Positions 1-9,277 of a DNA stretch of 64,000 bases are shown here, piece by piece. Source of the DNA: an uncultured Gemmatimonadaceae bacterium (GTDB taxonomy: Bacteria > Gemmatimonadota > Gemmatimonadetes > Gemmatimonadales > Gemmatimonadaceae); NCBI GenBank assembly GCA_963822945.1, contig CAWGJO010000020.1, positions 704,001 to 768,000 on the forward strand, written 5' to 3'. Below the pieces are notes generated by a model that saw only the letters and a program-made list of their open reading frames with translations, did no database searches and was not told the DNA's origin. Position 1 is the stretch's first letter; each line of letters begins with the position of its first letter. Both the position numbers and the translations under genes were made by a program.

Positions 1-1
1 C

Positions 2-151
2 GGCGCGCTGACCGAGCAAGCCACGTTCTGTACGACCACCGTGGCCGATGCCATGGCGGCGGTGCGCGCGGCCTCCGACGCACTGGAACTCGCCGTGGGC
101 GACCAGAATTGGCCGCTGCCCAAGTACCGCGAGATGCTCTTCCCCGTCTGA
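2..151 (+). CDS. Glutamine synthetase type III, C-terminal end (gene starts before the window)
   Basis: Frame from nt 2 reads ...DAMAAVRAASDALELAVGDQNWPLPKYREMLFPV*; WPLPKYRExLF is the characteristic GSIII C-terminus; TGA at 149-151. Confidence 0.8.
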   Translation, partial: GALTEQATFCTTTVADAMAAVRAASDALELAVGDQNWPLPKYREMLFPV

Positions 152-260
152 CGGTTCGGCGCTGGCGGACGCGGAACGGGAGGCACATTCTTGTGTGCCT
201 CCCGTTTTCATTCCTCCCCACCGGAGCGTCCACGCTCCGACTGCCCCCACAGGAGTCCCC

Positions 261-1553
261 ATGAAACGCCGCCATTTCATCGCCACGTCCGCCGGCGCCG
301 TGGGCGCGCTCGCCATCGGGTGCACGCCAACCGGCGCGGTGGCATCGTCGCAGCGCGATGGCGATGACGGCATGGCTCCGGTGCCGGCGTCCATCCGGGA
401 TCTCCAGCCCCTGGGGCCAGCGCCGGTGCCGATTGCCAGAGCCGAACGCGAAGCCCGTATCGAGAAGGCCCGGGAGCTCATGGCCGCGAACCATCTCGAC
501 GCGATCTTCATGGAGGGCGGCACCAGTCTGTTCTACTACACCGGTGTCCGCTGGGGGCTGAGCGAGCGCACCTTCGGCATCGTCATTCCGCGCAAGGGCG
601 AGATCGCCTGGGTCACGCCCGCGTTCGAGGAGGCGCGGGCCAAGGAGCTCATTCAGTTCGGCACCGACATCCGTACCTGGCAGGAGGACGAGAGCCCCTT
701 CGCGCTGGTGGCCGGCATTCTCCGGGATCGCGGTGTGGCTACGGGACGCGTGGGAATGGAGGAGCGGGTCCGCTTCTTCGTCGCGGATGGGATTCACCTC
801 GAGGCCCCGCACCTGCAGGTTGCCAGCGCCACGCCGGTGACTGCCGGGTGCCGCATGATCAAGTCGCCGGCCGAGATTGCGCTCATGCAGCACGCCAACG
901 ACATCACGATCACCGCCTACAAGGCGGCCTGGCAGACGCTGCGCGAGGGGATGTCACAGGATGAGCTCGCGCGCAACATCACCACGGCATTCAACAAGCT
1001 GGGCGCGGACGGCGACGTGAGCGTGCAGTTCGGCAAGTACACGGCGTTCCCCCACGGCAGCGCGACGCCGCAGCACCTGAAGGAAGGCGACGTGGTGATG
1101 ATCGACGACGGCGTGAAGGTCGAGGGGTACACCTCGGACATCACTCGCACGGGCGTATTCGGCACACCCACGCAGCGACAGCGCGACATCTGGGATCTCG
1201 AACGACACGCTCAGGACGCGGGGTTCAGGGCGGCGCAGGTCGGCGTGCCATGCGAAGACGTGGACGCGGCCGCCCGGAAAGTGATCACCGACGCCGGTTT
1301 CGGGCCCGGCTACAAGGTGCCCGGCCTGCCGCACCGCACGGGCCACGGCATCGGCCTCGACGGGCACGAGTGGACCTACTTCGTGAAGGGCAACAAGACG
1401 GCGATCCAGCCTGGCATGTGCTTCAGCGACGAACCCACGATCGCGATCTACGGCGAATTCGGGATCCGGCTGGAAGACTGCCTCCACATCACGGAAGACG
1501 GCCCCAAGTTCTTCACGGCGCAGGCGCCGTCGCTTGATCAGCTGTTCGTCTGA
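261..1553 (+). CDS. Xaa-Pro peptidase family (M24) protein with Tat signal, possibly a lipoprotein
   Basis: AGGAG at 251-255; MKRRHFI twin-arginine motif followed by AIGC; creatinase-type N-domain; metal ligands in DDG..GYTSDITRT, HRTGHGIGLDGHE, SDEP, GIRLED. Confidence 0.9.
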   Translation: MKRRHFIATSAGAVGALAIGCTPTGAVASSQRDGDDGMAPVPASIRDLQPLGPAPVPIARAEREARIEKARELMAANHLDAIFMEGGTSLFYYTGVRWGLSERTFGIVIPRKGEIAWVTPAFEEARAKELIQFGTDIRTWQEDESPFALVAGILRDRGVATGRVGMEERVRFFVADGIHLEAPHLQVASATPVTAGCRMIKSPAEIALMQHANDITITAYKAAWQTLREGMSQDELARNITTAFNKLGADGDVSVQFGKYTAFPHGSATPQHLKEGDVVMIDDGVKVEGYTSDITRTGVFGTPTQRQRDIWDLERHAQDAGFRAAQVGVPCEDVDAAARKVITDAGFGPGYKVPGLPHRTGHGIGLDGHEWTYFVKGNKTAIQPGMCFSDEPTIAIYGEFGIRLEDCLHITEDGPKFFTAQAPSLDQLFV

Positions 1554-1649
1554 CCGGGGAGCCGGGCCGATCGGCGCCCCGCGGCACACGCCCGCCTGTC
1601 GCGATACGCCCCGGCATGATAGTTTCGCGATTCCAACCCATATGCGGAG

Positions 1650-2336
1650 TTGAATGTCGTGCACACACGAATCTCTCTCATGCTGGCAACCGTGGCCGGC
1701 GTGGCGGCTCTGGCAGCCTCGCCGGCCCGCGCCACGGCGCAGGGCACGTTCGAAGGCGTCGTGACCTTTCAGATGCACGCTGGGCCGGACGGCCAGCAGA
1801 CCATGCAGTACTCCGTCAAAGGCGACAAGGTGCGGATGGACGTCTCGGCGCGGGGAATGCAGATGTTCGCGCTCTTCGACGGCGCGACGAAGACGATGGA
1901 CATGGTCATCCCCATGCGGCAGATGTACATGGAACGCAGTGCCGCAGACGCCCAGGCGATGGTCGACTCCGCGGTCGCCGCGAGCAAGATCCACTGGACG
2001 GGCCGGAAGGAGACCATTGCCGGCTACGAATGCGAGCACGCCACCTTCACCGACCAGAAGGGTCAGGCCACCGATGTGTGTCTCGCCAAGGGGCTCGGGA
2101 CATTCGTCCCGATGGGTGGAGGCCCCGGCGGACGCGGCCGCGGCGCCATGAGCGGCGGCTGGGAAAGCCGTATCGGTCAGCAGTTTCCGCTCAAGGTCGT
2201 GCAGGACGGCAATGTGGAGCTACTGGTCACGAGCGTCGAGAAGAAGCCGCTCGACGATTCGCTCTTCACCATCCCCGCTGGCTATCAGAAGATGGAGATG
2301 CCGATGGGGGGCCGGCGGGGTCGCGGCGGGCGCTGA
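1650..2336 (+). CDS. Secreted DUF4412-like protein
   Basis: Signal peptide then TFEGVVTF, VKGDKVRMD, TGRKETIAGYECEH, C-terminal SLFTIPAGY; start may be GTG 1659 (GGAG upstream). Confidence 0.75.
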   Translation: MNVVHTRISLMLATVAGVAALAASPARATAQGTFEGVVTFQMHAGPDGQQTMQYSVKGDKVRMDVSARGMQMFALFDGATKTMDMVIPMRQMYMERSAADAQAMVDSAVAASKIHWTGRKETIAGYECEHATFTDQKGQATDVCLAKGLGTFVPMGGGPGGRGRGAMSGGWESRIGQQFPLKVVQDGNVELLVTSVEKKPLDDSLFTIPAGYQKMEMPMGGRRGRGGR

Positions 2337-2432
2337 CCGCCACGACGTCGCGGCAGCCGCCGCGGCCGGTGGGCCCGGCGAGCGTCGCCCCCGCGGCGGC
2401 GCTCGCCCCCCGGGGCCGTCACCGAAACGGGG

Positions 2433-3794
2433 TCAGTACTTGCCGAGGTACTCGTCCACTTCCCAGCGGCTCACCTGCGAGATGTAGTGCCGCCATTCGA
2501 GCCGCTTGGCGGCCAGGAAGTGCTGCGTGACGTGATCGCCGAGCGCATCGCGGATCACCTGACTCTTTTCCAGTTCGTTGCACGCCTCATTGAGATCATG
2601 CGGCAGATCGTCGATCCGCAGACGTCGCTTCTCGCGGTGCGACATCTCCCAGATGTTCTCGTTCACCGGCTCGCGCCAATCCGCCTCGGTCTCGATGCCG
2701 TCCAGCCCGGCGGCGAGCATCGCGGCGAGCGCCAGGTAGGGATTTGCCGACGGATCGGGAACGCGATGTTCCACCCGCGTCCCCGATCCACGACGCTCCG
2801 GAATGCGCAGCATCGGGGAGCGGTTGCGCATCGACCAGGCCACGTTCACCGGAGCCTCGTATCCCGGCACCAGCCGCTTGTAGGAGTTCACCAACGGATT
2901 GGTGATGGCGCAGTACGCGCGTGCGTGCTTCAGCAGTCCGCCGATGTAGTGGAGCCCCGTTTTCGAGAGCTCCCACTCGGCCTTCGGATCCCAGAACGCG
3001 TTGTCGGCGCCCCGGAACAGCGATTGATGCGTATGCATGCCGCTGCCGTTCTGTCCGAAGATCGGCTTCGGCATGAACGACGCGAACAATCCGAACTGCT
3101 GGGCCACGTACTTCACCACGAATCGGAACGTCGCGATGTTGTCGGCCGTCGTCAGCGCGTCGGCATAGCGGAAGTCGATTTCATGTTGGCCGTGCGCTAC
3201 CTCGTGATGCGCCGCCTCGACCTCGAAGCCCATGCGTTCGAGCGTGTCCACGATCGCACGGCGCGCATCCTCGCCCAGATCCACGGGGGCCAGGTCGAAG
3301 TAGCTGCCCACGTCGTGCGTGCGCGTGGTCGCTTCCCCATCGGGGCCCCGCTTGAACATGAAGAACTCGGCCTCCATGCCCGCATTCATCGACAGACCCA
3401 TGTCCGCGGCGCGCGCCAACTGTCGCTTGAGCACGCCGCGGGGATCGCCGGGAAAGGGCGTTCCGTCGGGGCGGTTGATGTCACAGATCACGCGACAGAC
3501 GCGGCTCTCGCCGTCGGTCCACGGGAAGACCACGAACGTGGACAGGTCGGGCGCCAGCAGCATGTCCGATTCCTCGATCCGCACGAATCCCTCGATCGAG
3601 GAGCCGTCGAACATTATGTCGCCCGCCAGAGCCTTCTCGAACTGCGACGACGGGATCTCGACGTTCTTGTTCACCCCCAGAATGTCGGTGAACTGGAGGC
3701 GCATGAACCGTACATTGAGCTTCTCGGCCAGCGCGAGAACGTCCTTCGCGGCAGCACCTGTCAGGTTGGGCGTCAACGAACGGGAAGCGGACAT
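2433..3794 (-). CDS. glnA: Type I glutamine synthetase
   Basis: FDGSSIEGF, HHEVAHGQHEIDF, FMPKPIFGQNGSGMHTHQSL, NSYKRLVPGYEAP, RVPDPSANPYL; 453 aa from ATG 3794. Confidence 0.95.
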   Translation of the reverse strand: MSASRSLTPNLTGAAAKDVLALAEKLNVRFMRLQFTDILGVNKNVEIPSSQFEKALAGDIMFDGSSIEGFVRIEESDMLLAPDLSTFVVFPWTDGESRVCRVICDINRPDGTPFPGDPRGVLKRQLARAADMGLSMNAGMEAEFFMFKRGPDGEATTRTHDVGSYFDLAPVDLGEDARRAIVDTLERMGFEVEAAHHEVAHGQHEIDFRYADALTTADNIATFRFVVKYVAQQFGLFASFMPKPIFGQNGSGMHTHQSLFRGADNAFWDPKAEWELSKTGLHYIGGLLKHARAYCAITNPLVNSYKRLVPGYEAPVNVAWSMRNRSPMLRIPERRGSGTRVEHRVPDPSANPYLALAAMLAAGLDGIETEADWREPVNENIWEMSHREKRRLRIDDLPHDLNEACNELEKSQVIRDALGDHVTQHFLAAKRLEWRHYISQVSRWEVDEYLGKY

Positions 3795-3944
3795 GCGAGG
3801 CGATGAGGGTCTGGGTCCGACGCCGGGCCCACACCCGGCGTCTCGTGTGCGCTTGAAGCTCCGTTGCGCACCCCGGAATGTCAAAGGGCGGCCGGCGCAA
3901 AACGACCCTCCCCTCGGCTTCTTCAGTCGCTAACTTTCCACCCC

Positions 3945-4775
3945 ATGAACGAACCTACATCGGCAAAGACCAGCCCTTGTCCGAACTGCGGAGAGCCGGC
4001 CAGCGGTCGGTTCTGTTCCAGTTGTGGCACGCCGCTCGGGGGTGTGGCCTGCGGCGCCTGCGGTGCGGAGCTCGCGGCGGGCGCCAAGTTCTGCCACAAG
4101 TGCGGAACGCCCGTCGCGCTTCCGGGCGCCCCATCCGGCGCCGCGGCAACTCCACCACCTCCCGGCGGCGCCACACCGGGCAAGAGCGGCGGCGACGCAC
4201 TGCCGTGGGCGGTGGCGGCCATCGCATTCCTGGCACTGATCGCCATGTTCGCCGGCCAGCGCTTCGCGCGGGCCGGATCCAATCCCGGTGGAAGCGGGGG
4301 CGGCACCCCTGCTGCAGGCGCCGCGTTGGGCCCCATGGGGCCGGCCCCTGACATCAGCCAGATGACCCCACAAGAACAGGCGAGCCGGCTCTACGACCGC
4401 ATCATCAGCGCCTATGAAGCCGGACACATGGATACCGTCCAGATGTTCGCGCCGATGGCGGTCGGAGCCTATCAGAATCTCGGCCAGTTGACGCTCGACG
4501 AGCGGTACGACCTGGGCCGCGTCGCTGAGGTCACCGGGGCCTATCCCCTCGCCGCAGCCGAGGCCGACACGATTCTCCAGAAGAATCCCAACCACCTGCT
4601 CGGCCTCATCCTCGCCGCTCAGGCCGCGCAGTCGTTGAATCAGCCTGCCGCCGAGAAGAAGTATCTCGATCGACTGGTCAAGGCGGCGCCGGCGGAACAG
4701 GCCAAGAAGCGTCCCGAGTACCAGCAGCACGAAAACGACATCAAGGCCGCACTCGCGCAAGCAAAGAAGCGCTGA
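3945..4775 (+). CDS. Double zinc-ribbon membrane protein with C-terminal helical/TPR-like domain
   Basis: CPNC..CSSC..CGAC..CHKC, Pro/Gly linker, one TM segment (LPWAVAAIAFLALIAMFAG), TPR-like ILQKNPNHLLGL. Confidence 0.75.
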   Translation: MNEPTSAKTSPCPNCGEPASGRFCSSCGTPLGGVACGACGAELAAGAKFCHKCGTPVALPGAPSGAAATPPPPGGATPGKSGGDALPWAVAAIAFLALIAMFAGQRFARAGSNPGGSGGGTPAAGAALGPMGPAPDISQMTPQEQASRLYDRIISAYEAGHMDTVQMFAPMAVGAYQNLGQLTLDERYDLGRVAEVTGAYPLAAAEADTILQKNPNHLLGLILAAQAAQSLNQPAAEKKYLDRLVKAAPAEQAKKRPEYQQHENDIKAALAQAKKR

Positions 4776-4796
4776 TTTCCGGCCACTTCAATCAAG

Positions 4797-5636
4797 GTGA
4801 TGACCCGTACCATTCACGTTGCCCACAGCCCCGACTCGGACGACGCGTTCATGTTCTACGCGCTGGCCGAGGGCAAGATCGATACCGAAGGGCTGCGCTA
4901 CGTCCACGAGCTCCAGGACATCGAGTCGTTGAACCAGCGCGCGCTGAAAGCCGAGCTCGAGGTAACGGCGGTCTCCATCCACGCCTACGCCTATCTCGCC
5001 GATCGCTACGCGCTCCTTCCGCACGGCGCTTCCATTGGTGACCGCTACGGTCCCCGCCTCGTGGCCCGACAGCCGATGACCCGGGACGACCTGCGCGGGA
5101 AGCGCATCGCCATTCCCGGCTACAAGACAACGGCGTATCTCGCACTTCGCCTCTTCCAACCTGAGTTCGAGCCTCTCCCCACGCCGTTCGATCAGATCGA
5201 AGACGTCGTGCTTGAAGGCAAGGCCGATGTGGGGCTGTTGATCCACGAGGGACAGCTCACCTTCGGCGACCGCGGCCTTCATCTGATACAGGACCTCGGA
5301 GAATGGTGGTTCCAGGAGACAGGACTGCCGCTCCCATTGGGCGGAAACGTCGTGAGAAAGGACCTCGGGGATGAACTTATCGCGAAAGTATCGCGACACC
5401 TACGCGCCAGTATAGCCTATGCGCTCGACCATAGAGCCGGAGCGCTGGACCACGCAATGAAATTCGCGCGCGGGCTCGATCGGTCCAAGGCAGATGCCTT
5501 TGTCGGGATGTACGTCAACGATTGGACCCTCGACTATGGAGATCGGGGCCGCGAGGCGGTTCGGCTCCTGCTGGAGCGGGGCGCCGAGGCCGGGGTCATT
5601 CCGCACCGCGTCAACGTCGAGTTCGTCGCCGAATAG
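4797..5636 (+). CDS. mqnD: 1,4-dihydroxy-6-naphthoate synthase (futalosine menaquinone pathway)
   Basis: HSPDSDDAFMFYAL, DIESLN, YGPRLVA, GLLIHEGQLT, DLGEWW..TGLPLPLG, MYVND. Confidence 0.9.
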   Translation: MMTRTIHVAHSPDSDDAFMFYALAEGKIDTEGLRYVHELQDIESLNQRALKAELEVTAVSIHAYAYLADRYALLPHGASIGDRYGPRLVARQPMTRDDLRGKRIAIPGYKTTAYLALRLFQPEFEPLPTPFDQIEDVVLEGKADVGLLIHEGQLTFGDRGLHLIQDLGEWWFQETGLPLPLGGNVVRKDLGDELIAKVSRHLRASIAYALDHRAGALDHAMKFARGLDRSKADAFVGMYVNDWTLDYGDRGREAVRLLLERGAEAGVIPHRVNVEFVAE

Positions 5637-5761
5637 GAGCGGCCGGACCGCCGTGCCACCTGTTGGCGATCCGGGCGTGGATCCGGTGGCGACCTTGTGG
5701 TCGTCGTCAACGTCCGGGCATTCCAGTTCGTTCAGCTTTCAAGAACCTGATTTGCGGCCGC

Positions 5762-5790
5762 TTGACGGAACGACTCCCGGATTGTACTAG
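5762..5790 (+). promoter_or_regulatory. Candidate sigma70 promoter of the histone-like gene
   Basis: TTGACG (5762-5767), 17 bp, TACTAG (5785-5790) preceded by TG. Confidence 0.5.
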
Positions 5791-5925
5791 GGAGTTGTCG
5801 CGCCGGCGGTTGCCGAGCGACTCGGTGCAGGCGCCGGCGCGCAATCGCTCGGTTGTTTGCCGAATCAAACTGAAAACGACTGCGCATGCGCAGGAAATCT
5901 CTAGACCAAACTGAGGAGGCAGGCA

Positions 5926-6588
5926 ATGCCGCGGGGTGACGAGCTGCACGACGGGTTCGGGTTTTCCGACCGCGACGATGATTCGGAAGACCTGGGCTAT
6001 AGCGGTGGAGCGTCGTACGACGACGACGAGGAGGAGGACGGCGGCTGGATGACCCACAAGGACGACAGCGACGATCTGTGGGACAGCACCGAGGACGCCG
6101 AGGAAGAGGAGGAGGAGGCCGAGGTGTTCGCCGAATCCGGTGAGGAAGAGGAAGATGCGTTCGGCAGCCGGTCAGCATCGGCGGTCAAGCCGGCCGCCGC
6201 CGAAGCGCCGGCCAAGTCGGTAGCCCCGCCGGCGAAACCTGCCAAGGCTCCCGCGGCGGTCAAAGCCCCGGCGAAGCCAGCAGTCAAGAAGGCGCCGGTC
6301 AAGAAAGCAGTGAAGAAGGCGGCGAAGAAGAAGGTCGCCAAGAAGCCGGTGAAGAAGAAGCTGGCGAAGAAGGCCGCCAAAAAAGCGGTGAAGCGGAAGC
6401 CGGCGAAGAAGGCCGCCAAAAAGACGGTGAAGCGGAAGGCCCTCCGCAAACCGGCACGCAAGGCACCAAAGAAGAAGGCCGCCAAAAAGACGGCGAAGAA
6501 GAAGGTGGCCCGCAAGCCGGCCAGAAAACCGGCGCGCAAGGCGGCGAAGAAGGCCGCTCGGAAGCCGGCGAAGAAACGCCGCCGTTAG
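5926..6588 (+). CDS. Low-complexity protein with an acidic N-terminus and a Lys/Ala/Pro-rich histone-H1-like C-terminus
   Basis: GAGGAGG RBS; D/E-rich first ~80 aa then KKAAKK/RKPARK repeats. Confidence 0.8.
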   Translation: MPRGDELHDGFGFSDRDDDSEDLGYSGGASYDDDEEEDGGWMTHKDDSDDLWDSTEDAEEEEEEAEVFAESGEEEEDAFGSRSASAVKPAAAEAPAKSVAPPAKPAKAPAAVKAPAKPAVKKAPVKKAVKKAAKKKVAKKPVKKKLAKKAAKKAVKRKPAKKAAKKTVKRKALRKPARKAPKKKAAKKTAKKKVARKPARKPARKAAKKAARKPAKKRRR

Positions 6589-6620
6589 ACGGCGGTTCGC
6601 CCGCCTCCACGGTGCGAGAG

Positions 6621-6660
6621 AGCAGCAGGAACCCGCCACACTCGGTTCCTGCTGCTTTCC
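6621..6660 (+). terminator. Intrinsic terminator candidate
   Basis: 13-bp stem AGCAGCAGGAACC / GGTTCCTGCTGCT followed by TTCC, just after the histone-like gene. Confidence 0.6.
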
Positions 6661-6794
6661 TGTCTCCGCGCCATGGCGCCATACCGCACCGCCCAACGTA
6701 CGGTTGGCGTGGATGACGGCACCCCTCACCGCCACCTTCGGCGCTCGTTATTGTTGTCCCATGCCCACCGTCCGCCGCCCCCCTCGCCCGCTCG

Positions 6795-7343
6795 ATGTCT
6801 GACACCCCGGTGAACATGCTGCGTGCGCACTCTCGCCATGCGCCGTGGAACGCGCGCGGCCTGGCCGCGCACGCCACGGCGCTGGTCGACGCGGCGGGGA
6901 TGCGCCCCACCAACGCATCGGCCCGGGCAGCCCCGAGTGCCCGCGCCATTCGCTTCTACGTCGCGAGCGGCCTGCTCGATCATCCACAGGGCGCGGGCAC
7001 CGCCGCGACCTACGGCTACCGTCACCTGCTGCAACTCCTGGCCATCAAGATCCGGCAGCGCGAGGGGGCGACGCTCGAGACGATCAAGCAGGAAATGCAG
7101 GACGTCACGGGTGATGCCCTCGAGCGTCGCGTCGCCGCGTCGTTGGCGCCGGCGCTCGCCGTCGGGGCCGATGCGGCCGCGCAGACGCACGACGACGCGC
7201 CTGCCGCGGCCTGGCATCGCGTCGTGGTCGGCGACGGCATCGAGTTGCACGTCCGCGGAGACTCGCCCGCCGCCGATGCCGACGCACTCGTCGCGATGCG
7301 CGAGGCGGTGCGGGCTGCGCTGGGACGCGAGGAGTTCCGGTAG
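6795..7343 (+). CDS. MerR-like helix-turn-helix regulator
   Basis: SARAIRFYVASGLLDHP..ATYGYRHLLQLLAIKIRQREGATLETI; C-terminal WHRVVVGDGIELHV. Confidence 0.8.
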   Translation: MSDTPVNMLRAHSRHAPWNARGLAAHATALVDAAGMRPTNASARAAPSARAIRFYVASGLLDHPQGAGTAATYGYRHLLQLLAIKIRQREGATLETIKQEMQDVTGDALERRVAASLAPALAVGADAAAQTHDDAPAAAWHRVVVGDGIELHVRGDSPAADADALVAMREAVRAALGREEFR

Positions 7344-7344
7344 G

Positions 7345-8049
7345 ATGCCCGAGGGCCTGACGCTGATCACCGGTGTCGGTCGCGCGGGACAGGTGGGAGA
7401 GGTGGTGGCCCGCACCTTCGCCGCCCGCGGGCATCACGTGCTGTTGGTGAGCCGCAAGGCCGACGAGGTCGAGGCGCGCGCCGACGCGATTCGCGCCGAG
7501 GGATTCGCCGCCAGTGCGTACGCCTGCGACCTCGCCGATGCCGCACAGGTGGACACGCTCACCCAACGCGTGGCCGCGGAGCACGGCCCCCGGCTCGACG
7601 CGCTCGTGAATCTCGCGGGAGGGTTCGCCAGTTCCGGGCCGGTTGCCGACAGCACGCCCGAGACGTGGGACCACCTCAGCCGGATCAATCTGCTCACCGC
7701 GTACACCACAACGCGCGCCTGCCTGCCGCTCCTCCGCCGCGGCCGGGGATCCGTCGTCTTCTTCGCCTCCGAAGCAGTGCTTCCCGGCGCAAAGGTGTCG
7801 GGCGTCTGGGCGTACGCCGCGGCGAAGACGGCCGTGGTCACCCTCATGCGGGCCGTGGCGCGCGAGGAGCAGGGAACCGGTGTTCGCGCCAATGCCGTGG
7901 CGCCGGCCGCCATTCGCACCGCTTCCAACCTCGACAGCATGGGCGACGCTGCTCGCTACGTCGAACGCGAGGACGTCGCCGACGCCGTCTGGTTCCTCTG
8001 CTCCGATGCGGCCCGGGCCGTCACCGGTCAGGTGATTCGGCTTGCCTGA
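7345..8049 (+). CDS. SDR family oxidoreductase
   Basis: LITGVGRAGQVG, LVNLAGGF, YAAAK catalytic motif, VRANAVAP, VTGQVI; ATG 1 nt after the upstream stop. Confidence 0.9.
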   Translation: MPEGLTLITGVGRAGQVGEVVARTFAARGHHVLLVSRKADEVEARADAIRAEGFAASAYACDLADAAQVDTLTQRVAAEHGPRLDALVNLAGGFASSGPVADSTPETWDHLSRINLLTAYTTTRACLPLLRRGRGSVVFFASEAVLPGAKVSGVWAYAAAKTAVVTLMRAVAREEQGTGVRANAVAPAAIRTASNLDSMGDAARYVEREDVADAVWFLCSDAARAVTGQVIRLA

Positions 8050-8094
8050 CCGCAAGCGCCCCCGGGTCGCTCCGCACCGGCCTCACCCCGTGCC

Positions 8095-8991
8095 ATGACC
8101 CCTCAGCCGCGTCGCCGTATCGCCCCCCGCAAGGTGACGCTCGACCGGTCGCTCGAAGAGATCCCGCTCTTCCGGCTCAGCGACACGCCGGAGGACGCGC
8201 CCGTGGTGTTCACCAGCCAGACCGGCGGGCGGTGGCGCGTGCTGCCCAATCCCGGAGACCGGCTGCCCGGCACGTTCGATCAGGACGTGTATATCGAGAT
8301 CATGCGTCGCTACCAGGAGGCGGGAAGCCCCGCTGACGGCGCCATCGGCTTCACGCTTCATGCGTTTCTGCACTCCATGGGACGCCAGGTGGATGGCCGT
8401 ACGTACGAACAACTTCGCTCGGCGCTCGTACGCCTCGAACGCACCATCCTCGAATCCACCTCGGCCTACTGGTTGGCAGCACGTGGCGCGACGCTCGACG
8501 GACAGTTCACCCTTCTGAGTTCGGTGTCCATCGAGCGCCGGCGGGCTGCGGATCGAAGCCAGTTGGCGCTCTTCGACACGATGATGGCGCCGGAGCCCGG
8601 CGAAGCCCGGGCGGTGATCGCTCCGGCGATCCGGGAGAATCTGGCCGCCCACCACACGGTGACGCTGTCGCTTCCCCGATATCTGGCCCTGAGATCCCCG
8701 GTGGCCCGCCGGCTATACCGGCTGCTGGAGCTGGCCCGCTCTGAGGGGCGCCTGGCGTGGCGGGTTTCGTTGGAGCGGCTCAAGGAACTGCTGCCGCTCG
8801 TCCAACGCTACCCGTCCCATCTGCAACGAGTGCTGCAGCCGGCCCACGACCTGCTGCTGGAATCCGGGGTTCTCCGGAGCGCCACCATTCAGCAGGAACA
8901 TCGGACCTGGTACGTGGGGTATGTACTCGGAAGCCGGATGCCGGCCCACGGGCCGGGGGACCGGGAGCAGCCCCCGGAAGCGCCAAAATGA
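8095..8991 (+). CDS. Plasmid-type replication initiator protein A-like (winged-helix) protein
   Basis: PLFRLS, LPGTFDQDVY, FTLHAFL..MGR..DGRTYEQLRSALVRL, YLALRSPVARRLYRLLE resemble RepA/RPA initiators. Confidence 0.65.
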   Translation: MTPQPRRRIAPRKVTLDRSLEEIPLFRLSDTPEDAPVVFTSQTGGRWRVLPNPGDRLPGTFDQDVYIEIMRRYQEAGSPADGAIGFTLHAFLHSMGRQVDGRTYEQLRSALVRLERTILESTSAYWLAARGATLDGQFTLLSSVSIERRRAADRSQLALFDTMMAPEPGEARAVIAPAIRENLAAHHTVTLSLPRYLALRSPVARRLYRLLELARSEGRLAWRVSLERLKELLPLVQRYPSHLQRVLQPAHDLLLESGVLRSATIQQEHRTWYVGYVLGSRMPAHGPGDREQPPEAPK

Positions 8992-9022
8992 ACGCCGGGG
9001 CGGGATCGGAGTACAACACGAC

Positions 9023-9244
9023 ATGGCTACCAAACTCACCCACGAAATCCGCCGCGAAATCACCATCGGCGACGAACCGTTCACTGTCGTCATCTCGCCG
9101 CAGGGCTTGCGGTTATCGCGCAAACGTTTCCGCTCCGGGCGCCAGCTGAGTTGGGAGGCGCTCTGGCGCGAGGGGACCCTGGAAGAAAGCAACGGATCGC
9201 AACCGGCGGACGCACCCGTGCCGGGAGGCGCCTCAACGGTATAG
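9023..9244 (+). CDS. Small hypothetical protein (73 aa)
   Basis: GGAG RBS at 9008-9011; MATKLTHEIRREITIGDEPFTVVISPQGLRLSRKRFRSGRQLSWEAL; fills the gap between two genes. Confidence 0.65.
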   Translation: MATKLTHEIRREITIGDEPFTVVISPQGLRLSRKRFRSGRQLSWEALWREGTLEESNGSQPADAPVPGGASTV

Positions 9245-9277
9245 TTTTCGAGAGCTTTCTTCACGGATCTACCGTTC

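Noticed and set aside
6290..6585. Tandem DNA repeats (about 39-nt period, GGCGAAGAAGGCCGCCAAAAA) as a possible CRISPR or iteron array
   Set aside because: In-frame coding repeats of the Lys/Ala-rich protein; no unique spacers and no cas genes
8050..9277. Integrated plasmid or prophage around the rep-like gene
   Set aside because: No integrase, att-like repeats, partition, conjugation or phage genes seen
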